Shown here piece by piece: positions 44,999-54,273 of a DNA stretch of 64,000 nt. This DNA comes from a virus. The number at the start of each line of letters is the position of its first letter. The stretch's first letter is position 1. The notes under the pieces were generated by a model. That model did not search any database. It was not told the DNA's origin and saw only the letters and a program-made list of their open reading frames with translations. The position numbers and the translations under genes are program-made. The stretch lies in IMG/VR virus record IMGVR_UViG_3300009030_000001, positions 9,155 through 73,154 of that record, one strand, 5' to 3'.

Positions 44999-46576
44999 CT
45001 ACCAGAGCGCATCCTCGCCGTACTGCGCCCCGTCGATCGGGAAGTCGGCATAAATTCGGTAGCCAAATCCATCCGAACAATGGGTGAGCATGCTGCCTTG
45101 GGTCTTCTCGATTTCGCGCGTGCCTTCCTTCGGGCACACGTCTTCGAAGTCAGTCACGAGATGCGGTGCCTTGTCCGGGTCGATGAGAGTGGAAACCGTG
45201 CCGTCGGTTGCCATCAGGTGGGCATTGACGGCGTTGGTCCTGGATACTTCAGGTGGGTTGGCGCGTGGAACCCGGAACATACACCGATCGGGGAACTGCT
45301 TTCGCGCCATCTCGCGGATGATGTCCCAGTCTGATCCTCGCACGGATGTTGTCTTCTTCGCTCCGCCGGTAGCATCGCCGAAGAACCTGACCCGGCCCTT
45401 GTGCTGGCCCCAGTCCTTGTTGAACTGCTCCATGACCCGGGGCGTATTCGACATCGATTGGATCCAGACTTCGCCGATGACTGCGGTGACGACGTTGGCG
45501 ACATCGGATCTCGGCCCGGTGTAGGGTTGCTCCTGCGAGATGATCAGGACGCCGGGAGCAGTGTTGAAGTCGGCGGATACGTCGATCGGTAGACGTGGGT
45601 CGTAATCCAAGTGCACGAGGTGCGCTTCGCGGCTGAACTGGTAGTAGATTCGGTCCCCGGTAGTCTCGAACGATGCCTCCCATTCCGAGGCGAAGGTCAT
45701 CGGATCGGTGCGCCGCTGGATCCGTTCTAACTTGGCCGGCGACAGGATGTCCTTCGACTTCCAAGTGAACCCATCGAAGTCTTGCCAGTCTGGCGTGTCG
45801 AGCTTCGCGTTGTCGTAGAACTTCTTGTAGTGCGGCCGACCACGAGGCACGCCGAAGATCCATGCCCAACCCTCGCGACCAACTTCCGTCAGCACGGCTT
45901 CAAGGTGCTTCTCCCACAGCTTGTCGCCCTTCCGCATGTCGCCGAACTCGTCAACGATCATGCCGTCGACCGGCTTGCCTTCAACACGAGACGGCACGTC
46001 CAGTCCTCGGATTCGGATCTGCGCACCGTTCCACAGGTAGATGGTGAGTCGACCCTCGGAGATGTCAGTGATGAACCGCGGCGGGATGAATGCCTTGATG
46101 TCGTCCCAGAACAAGTCCCGAGCCTGATCGTGGGTTGGTGCACATGCGAAGAACCGGCCGTCGGGGTGGGCGTGAAACGACAGCGCACGCATGACGAAGA
46201 AACGCATCGCGCGCTCACTTTTGCCAGAACGTCTTCCCGACGGGATGACCACGAATCGAGCGACGCAGTTCCACAGCGCGTGCTGGATGGCGTGGATGAA
46301 CAGGGGGTACCAGCGCGGGGTCAGGACTCGGGGCCATTCCTCGCGCTTCAGGGCCAACACAGCCTCGAAGTCTTCTTCCGGGCCCGGTTTGTCGTAGTCC
46401 AGGTCCAGGGACTTCATCGCCGCGATGGTCTCGGCCAGATCCTCGCACCGGTCCTTCCACTTGGTTGGTGGTTCGTTGCCGGTTCTGAGGAAGTCGCGGC
46501 CAGCCTGTTGGAACCCACGGTCGCCGAACAAGGCGCGGAGCTTGCGCAGAGTGGTCTTGAGGGTTCGGGTGCTCAC
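44999..46576 (-). CDS. terL: terminase large subunit
   Basis: Walker A SGRRSGKS; APTHDQAR; Walker B MIVDEFG; GVPRG; nuclease motifs SADFN, GDATG, HCSDGFGY. Confidence 0.93.
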   Translation of the reverse strand: MSTRTLKTTLRKLRALFGDRGFQQAGRDFLRTGNEPPTKWKDRCEDLAETIAAMKSLDLDYDKPGPEEDFEAVLALKREEWPRVLTPRWYPLFIHAIQHALWNCVARFVVIPSGRRSGKSERAMRFFVMRALSFHAHPDGRFFACAPTHDQARDLFWDDIKAFIPPRFITDISEGRLTIYLWNGAQIRIRGLDVPSRVEGKPVDGMIVDEFGDMRKGDKLWEKHLEAVLTEVGREGWAWIFGVPRGRPHYKKFYDNAKLDTPDWQDFDGFTWKSKDILSPAKLERIQRRTDPMTFASEWEASFETTGDRIYYQFSREAHLVHLDYDPRLPIDVSADFNTAPGVLIISQEQPYTGPRSDVANVVTAVIGEVWIQSMSNTPRVMEQFNKDWGQHKGRVRFFGDATGGAKKTTSVRGSDWDIIREMARKQFPDRCMFRVPRANPPEVSRTNAVNAHLMATDGTVSTLIDPDKAPHLVTDFEDVCPKEGTREIEKTQGSMLTHCSDGFGYRIYADFPIDGAQYGEDALW

Positions 46577-46944
46577 GCCTTCACAACGGCCATCTGTTTT
46601 CGACTAAGTCCAAAACGGGCGAGGATGATGTCGGCAGCATTTGCGTTCAGCTTCGATATCGGATCTCCAGGATTCTTGCAGATCATCCTCACCACGGGCT
46701 CTATCGATGGATTTGGCTCGTACCACTCTCCACGTAGACGCGTGAACTGTCGCTTCAGAACACGGTGGCATCGCCTTTCGGTACGCTGTGACCCAGGTAA
46801 CGTGAACACGATCGTCATCGGCAAGTGATTACCACTTTGCAGGACTTGCCGTCTGCGGTTCACATCGCTGGATGAGAATCCGACCTTGATTGCCCCGTCG
46901 CAGGCGATGCAATATACGGTTCCTTGGTGATGCGCATCAGTCAC
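46573..46944 (-). CDS. GIY-YIG (T5orf172-like) protein
   Basis: VYCI....IKVGFS....RR..LQSGN...E...H......RGEWY. Confidence 0.8.
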   Translation of the reverse strand: MTDAHHQGTVYCIACDGAIKVGFSSSDVNRRRQVLQSGNHLPMTIVFTLPGSQRTERRCHRVLKRQFTRLRGEWYEPNPSIEPVVRMICKNPGDPISKLNANAADIILARFGLSRKQMAVVKA

Positions 46945-47474
46945 GACCGAACCTCATCGAACCTGATGTCTTCGATTGTGCACGGGGCGCCGTGGTACGG
47001 TGTCAACGTCCCTGCGCGGAATTGCTTTCCGCGGTCTTTCCCTAGCACGCTGTCTTGCACGTCTGGCGATTGCTTGCTCAACCATTTGCCGTAGGTCATC
47101 GACGATCCTTTCAGCCGGGCAATCTCAGCCTCCGCGTCGTCTAGTCGCTTGTGACACCAGCAGACTTCGCACCAGCCATTGGGACGGCCGTACTCGTCGA
47201 CCGTGTCATCCGGACCGTCATGTATTCCTGGCATCGATAGTCCAGGAATCCCGATGTAGTGCGCACAGTCGCCGCGATGCGGACCGGCATGAAGACATCC
47301 ATGCCGTAGCCTGAGATCGCCTCGTTGCCATCCACAGCATCTATCGTCAAGCAGCCACCGGTCCCGAGTAGTACCCCGAGGTTTCGACGCCGCAGCGAGG
47401 ATCGCACTGGGCAGCAGGCCAGCCAGAGGTAGCGGGATCAGTCCCGCGAGAAGTGCACGTCGGTCCATGGTCAT
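46941..47474 (-). CDS. twin-arginine-signal protein with head-morphogenesis-like C-terminal segment
   Basis: MDRRALLAGL; C-terminal TYGKWLSKQS...VLGKDRGKQFRAG. Confidence 0.5.
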   Translation of the reverse strand: MTMDRRALLAGLIPLPLAGLLPSAILAAASKPRGTTRDRWLLDDRCCGWQRGDLRLRHGCLHAGPHRGDCAHYIGIPGLSMPGIHDGPDDTVDEYGRPNGWCEVCWCHKRLDDAEAEIARLKGSSMTYGKWLSKQSPDVQDSVLGKDRGKQFRAGTLTPYHGAPCTIEDIRFDEVRS

Positions 47475-47501
47475 CCTGTTTCTCCTGTTGGTGTGCAGAA
47501 T

Positions 47502-48005
47502 CTAGACGCCGCGCTCCGCAGCATCCTTGATCCCAGCGGCAAGCCGGTTCGACTCCATGTACTTGTTGCGTCTCTGTGCCGGGTACCATTCATCCTCGCG
47601 CCAGCGATCTGCATGTCCCTTCCAGTCCCGCGCGAACTTGACCCTATTCGGGCGCCCATCGTCGGCTTCGCCTTCGACCCTCACAGATTCGTAGGCATCA
47701 AAGATCAAAAACCATGCAGAGTACATCGCACCCATCAGGCGCTCGTTCTCGGCCTTGAGTTCGTCGCGTTCCTTCGCGACTTCTTGGAGAGTGTCGGCCA
47801 CGCTACCGATCTCGGCCCGCTGATGTGCGATCAGACCGCCAACGGAAGTCGCATCGGTTCCATGCAGGGCTTCGAGGCATTCGGCCTTCCAACTATTGAC
47901 CTCGGCTTGCGCTTCGTCCTTCTTGGGCTTGGAGTCAAGCGAAGATCGGAACGAGAAGGGGATGAGAGCCGCAATAGCGGACAGCGAGAACAGTCGACGA
48001 TTCAT
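47502..48005 (-). CDS. twin-arginine-signal coiled-coil protein
   Basis: MNRRLFSLSAIAAL; RBS AGGAG; ERDELKAENERL. Confidence 0.5.
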   Translation of the reverse strand: MNRRLFSLSAIAALIPFSFRSSLDSKPKKDEAQAEVNSWKAECLEALHGTDATSVGGLIAHQRAEIGSVADTLQEVAKERDELKAENERLMGAMYSAWFLIFDAYESVRVEGEADDGRPNRVKFARDWKGHADRWREDEWYPAQRRNKYMESNRLAAGIKDAAERGV

Positions 48006-48094
48006 GATGGACTCCTAGTCACGGGATGAAAACCGGCCTGATGCCGTTGGCTTGGACAGCTTACCGTATACGGAACGTCGCCGGCTTTGAAGTG

Positions 48095-48658
48095 TCATTC
48101 CGTGGTTGCTGGCTTCGGAACCCTGATCCGCCTAGACCAGATCCGGAGCCCGATCAGGCCGAAGATCAGCACGACCACGATGCCGAACAGGCCGTAGCGT
48201 TCCCAGATGGCCTGGAAGTATCGGTAGTAGTCCTCCGATTCCGTCAGTTCGACGCGCAACTTGGCAACCTCCGCGGTTCGTTCCGTCAACTCTCGGGTGC
48301 GGTCGACTAGATCACGCGAGATCGCGTCCCGTTCGCGCGTGCGAGTGGACAGGTCACCTTCGATGTGAACGATCTGATCCCGCAGTCCCTGTGCGGCTGC
48401 GCGTTCCTTCGCGGCGTCAGCTGTCAGCGAGGTCACGCGTTCGGCAGTCCCCGCTCCGCCGGATCCCGTCCGTCCCCTGAAGATCTCCTTGGACTCGTCG
48501 TCCATGTGGAAGCCAGGAGCGAGCGTTGCCCCGACATGGTAGAACTGATTACCGGTCAACGGATCGTAGCTCACGCCACCGCTTGGCACGATGCGGTAGT
48601 TGCCCCAAGGCACGCAGGACGAAAGGGCTAGGAACGCCACCACGAACATGGTCTTCAT
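48095..48658 (-). CDS. lipoprotein with C-terminal TM helix (candidate unimolecular spanin)
   Basis: MKTMFVVAFLALSS-C lipobox; coiled coil; YGLFGIVVVLIFGLIGL followed by RIWSRR. Confidence 0.55.
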   Translation of the reverse strand: MKTMFVVAFLALSSCVPWGNYRIVPSGGVSYDPLTGNQFYHVGATLAPGFHMDDESKEIFRGRTGSGGAGTAERVTSLTADAAKERAAAQGLRDQIVHIEGDLSTRTRERDAISRDLVDRTRELTERTAEVAKLRVELTESEDYYRYFQAIWERYGLFGIVVVLIFGLIGLRIWSRRIRVPKPATTE

Positions 48659-48740
48659 GGGGGCAGAATGGTAGCCGAATCGGTGAAATCCGAGGTTTCC
48701 GTATACGAAACCGCACGCGGGCAAGGTAGAGTCTCGACTT

Positions 48741-49259
48741 ATGAAGTACTGTGCAGGTTGCAATGGCGCGATTTCGGACGGCAATGACGTGCAACGTGAT
48801 GGGGACGACTACCACACTGAATGCGCGTCCAAGTTTGATTCGGAGCATGGTGTTCCGTCTGTTGCGGCAAGTCCGTTGACCGAGGATGTCGAAGCTCGCT
48901 ACTGCCCACCGAAGGATGGTCCTCAAATCGAAGTGACCCGCCCCCTTCGCGGTTATCTGGGTGTCTACCCCAGTGCCCTGAGTGATCTTCGCGACATCGT
49001 GGAATCAGCAAGCTCGACCGAAGCGGACATCGTGACAGCTTCGATAAGACTATTTGATCGTACAACCAAGCCGCCTAGAAAACGGATGGCCGAAGCGATG
49101 ATCGAAGAACGCGGAACGGCGCGACTGGCCGAGCGGCACCGGTTGCTTCTGGCTGCTATGGAAGAACTTCGGCAGCCGGTCGATGAGATGACCCGCCGCA
49201 TTGCCGCGAAAGCAGTGGCGCAAGACCGTGAATTGGAAGACTACGAATCTGAGGACTGA
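48741..49259 (+). CDS. hypothetical protein
   Basis: CAGC...HTEC N-terminus. Confidence 0.5.
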   Translation: MKYCAGCNGAISDGNDVQRDGDDYHTECASKFDSEHGVPSVAASPLTEDVEARYCPPKDGPQIEVTRPLRGYLGVYPSALSDLRDIVESASSTEADIVTASIRLFDRTTKPPRKRMAEAMIEERGTARLAERHRLLLAAMEELRQPVDEMTRRIAAKAVAQDRELEDYESED

Positions 49260-49260
49260 C

Positions 49261-49599
49261 ATGGAACAGGGCCAGTTCAACTTCGAGGAAGGCAAGCGCA
49301 GGCGCGACGAGGCGATGGGACGGGCGGACAACCACGCCAACAACGAATGGAAGGTGCTCGCCAGCATGGCGGTCTTCCTGCTCGCCGGAGGAATGGAGAC
49401 GTTCACGACCGACGACGTGTGGCAGTTGCTCGCGACTCGACCAGAGGTTACTACGCACGAACCGAGGGCATTGGGGCCGGTGATGACCAAGGCCCAAGTG
49501 AGTGGACTGATCGAACCCATCGATGGACTGTTCAGGAAGTCGATTCAGTCGGTTTGCCATCGTAGATCCAAGCAGGTTTGGAGGGCGACTGATGTCTAA
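49261..49599 (+). CDS. hypothetical phage protein
   Basis: FTTDDVW...EPRALGPVM..A...GLI motif; RBS GAGG. Confidence 0.6.
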   Translation: MEQGQFNFEEGKRRRDEAMGRADNHANNEWKVLASMAVFLLAGGMETFTTDDVWQLLATRPEVTTHEPRALGPVMTKAQVSGLIEPIDGLFRKSIQSVCHRRSKQVWRATDV

Positions 49600-49783
49600 G
49601 CCTTGCAAGCCCAGATTCACCGCAGCGGACTTTCCGCCGCATCCCTACGAGCCATCGCCCACTGGCAAGCCGTGTCCGACATGCAAGCAACGGGAGGGCG
49701 ACAACAACCTGCTTGGAGACTGTCGCGTTTGTGCGGCGGTGTTCTTCAACAAGATCGCCGACGAGGATGAACCCCATGTCTAA
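49592..49783 (+). CDS. small zinc-finger protein
   Basis: CPTC...CRVC. Confidence 0.45.
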   Translation: MSKPCKPRFTAADFPPHPYEPSPTGKPCPTCKQREGDNNLLGDCRVCAAVFFNKIADEDEPHV

Positions 49784-50003
49784 GTTCGAGTTCTTCGAAT
49801 GCGAAACCTGTCAGGCCAAACCAGGATCGCCGAGTCTGTGTGCTGGCTGCATCAAGAATCGCGAGACCATTTCGGAGCTAAACCGATTCCTGCGCCGCGC
49901 CGAGCAGGGCATGGACGCAATCGAGTTGTTCCCAGGTGCAGCCAGGGCAATCGCTAGTTACTACAACATGGAACTTCGCTGCACCGGATACACCGATGGA
50001 TGA
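49776..50003 (+). CDS. small zinc-finger protein
   Basis: ECETC.AKPGSPSLCAGC. Confidence 0.55.
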   Translation: MSKFEFFECETCQAKPGSPSLCAGCIKNRETISELNRFLRRAEQGMDAIELFPGAARAIASYYNMELRCTGYTDG

Positions 50004-50442
50004 ATCCAAGGCCGAGGCAGTCGAGAAGGCAATCCTGGACGCGGTCCCCCACGTACGCGCGATCGTTCGCATGGTCGCTGGCGGTCAAGTAGCCGATGCC
50101 GCTTCCGATTCAGTGTTCGTGCCTGCTGCCAACTACCTGATGGGTGTGGTGAGTGAGCGCACATCCGAGTTGAAGGCCGAGCGGGACGACTCCTGGAAGA
50201 ATGGTAACGAGGCGATTATCGGTTGGGCAAAGGACAAGTCAGAGATGATCCGTATGGCCGTCGAGATCGCCAAGCTAAAGGCTGTGGTAGATGCAGTCCC
50301 GAAACTGCTGGAGCGAATTGAAGGTGTCGCAGAGTTCTACTACGACCTAGATCAATCCCCCGATGGGGCGACACCTGCATGGGACTTGCTCAAGTTGGCG
50401 ATGGATAAGATCCGTGCCACCACCGGAGCCTCCCATGAGTGA
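49996..50442 (+). CDS. hypothetical protein
   Basis: Coupled ORF. Confidence 0.45.
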   Translation: MDESKAEAVEKAILDAVPHVRAIVRMVAGGQVADAASDSVFVPAANYLMGVVSERTSELKAERDDSWKNGNEAIIGWAKDKSEMIRMAVEIAKLKAVVDAVPKLLERIEGVAEFYYDLDQSPDGATPAWDLLKLAMDKIRATTGASHE

Positions 50443-50914
50443 CCACGACAATACTGAGGATGAAAGGTGCCCAAAGTGCGGGTACACAGCCAAGGACGCT
50501 TTCATTCACGGCGATCACCACCTATGCGACGGCGAGATCCCGATCGCGATGACTCCTGACGAGTTGGTGATCGATACCCTACAAGACCGTATCATCGCCC
50601 TAGAGTCCGCCATGCCCAAGACCCCTGAAGAGTTGGTGTTCGAACAGTTCGTGACCGGTGCCTCGAAGGCGATCCAAGACCGCGACAAGTACCGTCGCGA
50701 CTACCACGAGATAGCCGGGATGCACATGGCTGCGGTCATCGAGCGGAACGAGATGCTGCGGCTTCTGCGGGAGATAGACTGCGTCTTGCCGGAGTCGAGC
50801 ACCGACATGGAAGATCGCATCACCGAATTGCTTCACCGGTACCGAGACGTCAGGATCCCGAACGTGGTGGTCGGCGAGGCGCATGCCACCGGCGGAAGCA
50901 GCGCGAAGGGCTAG
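50435..50914 (+). CDS. hypothetical protein
   Basis: CPKCGY...DHHLC; RBS GGAG. Confidence 0.5.
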   Translation: MSDHDNTEDERCPKCGYTAKDAFIHGDHHLCDGEIPIAMTPDELVIDTLQDRIIALESAMPKTPEELVFEQFVTGASKAIQDRDKYRRDYHEIAGMHMAAVIERNEMLRLLREIDCVLPESSTDMEDRITELLHRYRDVRIPNVVVGEAHATGGSSAKG

Positions 50915-50917
50915 CTC

Positions 50918-50947
50918 TTGCCTCGACAGGTCCGCTGGTGCTAGGAT
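50918..50947 (+). promoter_or_regulatory. possible sigma70 promoter
   Basis: TTGCCT-18 nt-TAGGAT with extended -10 TG. Confidence 0.35.
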
Positions 50948-50980
50948 TGTTCCAGCCGTTGGAACCCACCCGGCGAACCG

Positions 50981-51349
50981 ATGTCGATCTACAACAGAGT
51001 CACCGAACTCGAACGCGATGTCCTAGCGGCCCAGGCCGATGCTACCGCTGCACTTGCACCGGTCGAGGGTTCAACGATTCGTGTCGTAACTGCTGACGAC
51101 ACGCTGAATTCAGCGGACAGAGTTCTCCTGGTCGATGCCTCAAGCCGTCCGATCACCATCAGCCTTCCCGCTGCTGCGACTAGCACCAGAAAGCGGCAGG
51201 ATGTGAAGAAGACGGACAGTTCACGCAACCCGGTTACGCTCGCCGGCAACGGGTCGGAAACGATCGAAGGTGGTCCGACAGCCGTTTTGAGGGTGCAGGG
51301 TGAAAGCATTACGGTCATCTCGGATGGCCTAAACCGGCATATACATTAG
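50981..51349 (+). CDS. tail-fibre-like beta domain protein
   Basis: VLLVDASS.PITISLPAA...VKKTDSS.NPVT....SETI.G...SITVISDG pattern. Confidence 0.6.
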   Translation: MSIYNRVTELERDVLAAQADATAALAPVEGSTIRVVTADDTLNSADRVLLVDASSRPITISLPAAATSTRKRQDVKKTDSSRNPVTLAGNGSETIEGGPTAVLRVQGESITVISDGLNRHIH

Positions 51350-51354
51350 CACGA

Positions 51355-51528
51355 ATGGCCTACCAACCTATCCCCACAGATGTCAACCGCGGAGAAACCC
51401 GCATTGTCAGTAGCGATAGCACCGCCGAGGAACTTCTGCTGGCGATCGTGGTCCGGCTCGACATCTTACTGGCGCACCTCGCGCTGATCACAGAGACCGA
51501 AATCGGACCCTCTGACATAGGAGAATAA
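51355..51528 (+). CDS. small helical protein (57 aa)
   Basis: Fills a gap; EELLLAIVVRLDILLAHLALIT. Confidence 0.5.
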   Translation: MAYQPIPTDVNRGETRIVSSDSTAEELLLAIVVRLDILLAHLALITETEIGPSDIGE

Positions 51529-51532
51529 TCTC

Positions 51533-52072
51533 ATGACCACAATAAACGACCCAGATGGCAAAGCTGCCATGGTCAACGATGAAGGCCAGTTAGTCACTCG
51601 TTCCATTATCGAAACCGAGCTAGAGCACGCCTCGGTACAGGGCAATGCCTACTCTTGGGACTCGCTCGAACTGGATATCGCCGCTGGCGGCACGATGCTG
51701 TTCGTACGCAACGACAGCGACACGCTGCTGGTCTTGGACTTTCTTATCATCAATGGATCCGACGTGATCTGCACGTGGGATGTCGGCCTCGGTGAGGAAA
51801 CGACCACGCCTGCCGGGGGAACCGAGGTCATCGGCGTCAACCTGAACCGGGTCTTCAGTAGCAAGCGGGCCGCCGCGACTTCCAGGTCGGATGAGACGGC
51901 GGTGGCGGACGCGGATGTCATCGCTCGCATCAAGACCCCCATTAGTGGTCACCACATCCACCGATTGGACGGGGTGATTCTCGGCAAAAACCATTACATC
52001 CAGATCAATCAGGAAACCGAGTCAGTCTCTGGTTCCGTCGGCCTGGTCGCTCACTATGAGGCTCCGGAATGA
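51533..52072 (+). CDS. putative virion beta-sandwich protein
   Basis: RBS AGGAG; N-terminal DG..A.V...GQL motif. Confidence 0.5.
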   Translation: MTTINDPDGKAAMVNDEGQLVTRSIIETELEHASVQGNAYSWDSLELDIAAGGTMLFVRNDSDTLLVLDFLIINGSDVICTWDVGLGEETTTPAGGTEVIGVNLNRVFSSKRAAATSRSDETAVADADVIARIKTPISGHHIHRLDGVILGKNHYIQINQETESVSGSVGLVAHYEAPE

Positions 52073-52491
52073 TCAAGGTGAGGATTGCTGACGGCACCTC
52101 GGGCCGCGTCGCCAAGGTCACCAAGGCGGGAGGGCTGGCCCAGACTCCGCCCGCTTTCGACCTGACCAAGTTCCAGGAGTTGAGCATCGCCGACACGGCC
52201 TTCAACTTCTACAGCCCACGGCCCCAGCAGAAGTTCGTCATCACTGGGATGCGGATCAAGGCGAATCGGGCAGTCAGCAATACGGTGGACGCCACGATCA
52301 TCGTCTATGAAGCCGAGCAGGTCGATACGACTACGGTCGGCAAGGTTCTGCACGAAGAGGCACTGATTCGAGGCGAGGGAGCCACCTTGCTGCCCATCAA
52401 CCTTGAGGTCGCGAAGGGCAAGTGGATCAACGCCAAGACGGACGACGCTAGCGTGTTCATCACGATTCTGGGATTCTTCACCGCTGCATGA
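52069..52491 (+). CDS. putative virion beta-sandwich protein
   Basis: N-terminal DG.SGRVAKVT..G.L, similar to the upstream gene. Confidence 0.5.
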   Translation: MIKVRIADGTSGRVAKVTKAGGLAQTPPAFDLTKFQELSIADTAFNFYSPRPQQKFVITGMRIKANRAVSNTVDATIIVYEAEQVDTTTVGKVLHEEALIRGEGATLLPINLEVAKGKWINAKTDDASVFITILGFFTAA

Positions 52492-52644
52492 CCATGATCA
52501 TGGACGGAAGGCCCACCGTTCGTGTATACATGCGCACCGCTGGCACTGGGAGTGCCGGAAGTGGACTGCCCTGGTGGTTTGGAGGGGCCTTCGGCCACCA
52601 GGGCCTTTACTTCGTGACAGCCCAGAACATCGGTGGCAGTAACC

Positions 52645-52863
52645 ATGGTAGAAGCACGACGACCAACGAGTCGAGAGATCGACGCGGTCAACGAACGGAG
52701 ACGGGGACTCTCCACGGGCGAACGCCTTGAACTCTCGGCTGCGATTGGAGTCGAAAGGCAGATGATGGCGATGGTCGATTGTTCCACGGGCGAACGCGTC
52801 AGCGACGACGAATTTTACCGCCGATTGATGAAGCACTACGGGATCGAACTCGGCAGGGTGTAG
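52645..52863 (+). CDS. hypothetical protein
   Basis: Internal STGER repeat. Confidence 0.4.
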   Translation: MVEARRPTSREIDAVNERRRGLSTGERLELSAAIGVERQMMAMVDCSTGERVSDDEFYRRLMKHYGIELGRV

Positions 52864-52970
52864 GATCCCACAACTAACGCTGAGACGTCGAACAGCGACC
52901 GTGATTCCGCGGGGCACAAGCCGGCCCGGAACCGGGCCACAGGCGTGACGGGCCGGAGAGACGGCCAACA

Positions 52971-53067
52971 GGCAGCGCGCTTCGGGGGCGACCCCCGGAT
53001 GCCGAACGCAAGTTCGTGATGGGAATAGAAATCCCCAGCCCGGTGTGAATCCGGGGCGCTGTTTCCA
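52971..53067 (+). ncRNA. tRNA-like structured RNA (8-bp acceptor, 5-bp T stem, CCA end)
   Basis: GGCAGCGC/GCGCTGTT plus T-CCA; CCCGG-TGTGAAT-CCGGG; three internal hairpins. Confidence 0.5.
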
Positions 53068-53108
53068 CACACCCTGAAGGGGAGTTCGCTACTCCCCGTT
53101 GACTCCTG

Positions 53109-53146
53109 CCCACCGCAGTTCTCCCGGCTGCGGTGGGTTTTTCTTT
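53109..53146 (+). terminator. intrinsic terminator
   Basis: CCCACCGCAG/CTGCGGTGGG 10-bp stem followed by TTTTTCTTT. Confidence 0.8.
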
Positions 53147-53246
53147 CCATGCGTTGTGTCGTGCCTCGAATCGACTTGCATCGATCCGTCGAGAAATCTC
53201 GCTAAGGTTGCGGAGTAGTACGTTTCGTGGCTACCATGCGAACGCC

Positions 53247-53540
53247 ATGGATTCGTCTACGAAGTCGCCGCCGCCTGCTCAAGTCGTGATCGACAAGAAC
53301 AAGACATCCGTGACCCTGGGAGTAGCCGCCGCGCTTGTGCTAGCCTATTCTTGGAATGCCGTTGCCATCAACGACATGCAGAACGGCATCGCCAACAACG
53401 GCAAAGCAATCGAGGAGGTCAAGGTCCAGGTCGCGAAGATCGGAGAAGCGGTAACGGGTCACGCGCGAGACATCATCCGTCTCCAAGAACGAAGCCGCGA
53501 ATACGACAAGCGACTACAGGCTCTTGAAAAGGAGAAGTGA
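53247..53540 (+). CDS. single-TM coiled-coil protein (possible lysis-related)
   Basis: VTLGVAAALVLAYSW followed by heptad repeats. Confidence 0.5.
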   Translation: MDSSTKSPPPAQVVIDKNKTSVTLGVAAALVLAYSWNAVAINDMQNGIANNGKAIEEVKVQVAKIGEAVTGHARDIIRLQERSREYDKRLQALEKEK

Positions 53541-53824
53541 AATGGCTGAAACGCGAAAACATCGTCGTTACCGTCTTGATCGCGCTGCTGTTCCTCGCCA
53601 TCTACGATCGGTGGGCGACTAGCACGCTGTACAGAAGTGTCCAAACCGCCATCGAACTCAACAACGATCTTATGTCAAAGCTAAGCCAAACCTTCGTGAC
53701 TGATTCAGGCGTTACCCAGACCTACACGCTGACCCGGGACGAGGATGAAACCACCGAAGAGTTTCGTGATCGCTTCAAGGCCGACGTCGCCAAGCTGATA
53801 GACGACAACCCTCCGGCACCGTAG
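53537..53824 (+). CDS. single-TM protein
   Basis: IVVTVLIALLFLAIY; RBS AAGGAG. Confidence 0.55.
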   Translation: MKWLKRENIVVTVLIALLFLAIYDRWATSTLYRSVQTAIELNNDLMSKLSQTFVTDSGVTQTYTLTRDEDETTEEFRDRFKADVAKLIDDNPPAP

Positions 53825-54273
53825 TGGTAACCAAGCGGAGTAGGCACGGCGGCTTGTGGACCGAGACCAAGCGAGTCGTCGATGGTGAGGTAAAGCAGGT
53901 GATCTGCGCATGCCCGGAAAGAGGCGCGGCCGAGACTCGACGAGTCTGCGCTGACTTCAAACAGGCGAAAACGCCGTGTGCGTGCTACTGCCACAGCACG
54001 GAGATATTCCACGCTGGAGGCGCACTTGCCTGAGACGTCGTACTGCCCGTGGTGCAAACAGGATGTCGAGAAGGCTGTCCTCGCCGAAGCCTCGAACCTG
54101 CGTGAGATTGCCCTAGAGGACGTTGACGAACTCCTGTTCCATGCCGAGCACGATGAAGCCAACGACATGAAGACGGTTATGCGGCTTCGCGCTGCGATCC
54201 GTCAGTTGAGATGTTGCACCCGATGTCATTTTGTGACCTGTGAGTGTGAACCCGCCGCTGCCGGAGGTCCGTC

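Noticed and set aside
45782-46828. 348-aa plus-strand ORF and similar long antisense ORFs (21902-22894, 23553-24683, 41101-42114, 61605-62510)
   Set aside because: They shadow well-supported genes on the opposite strand, which is common at high GC
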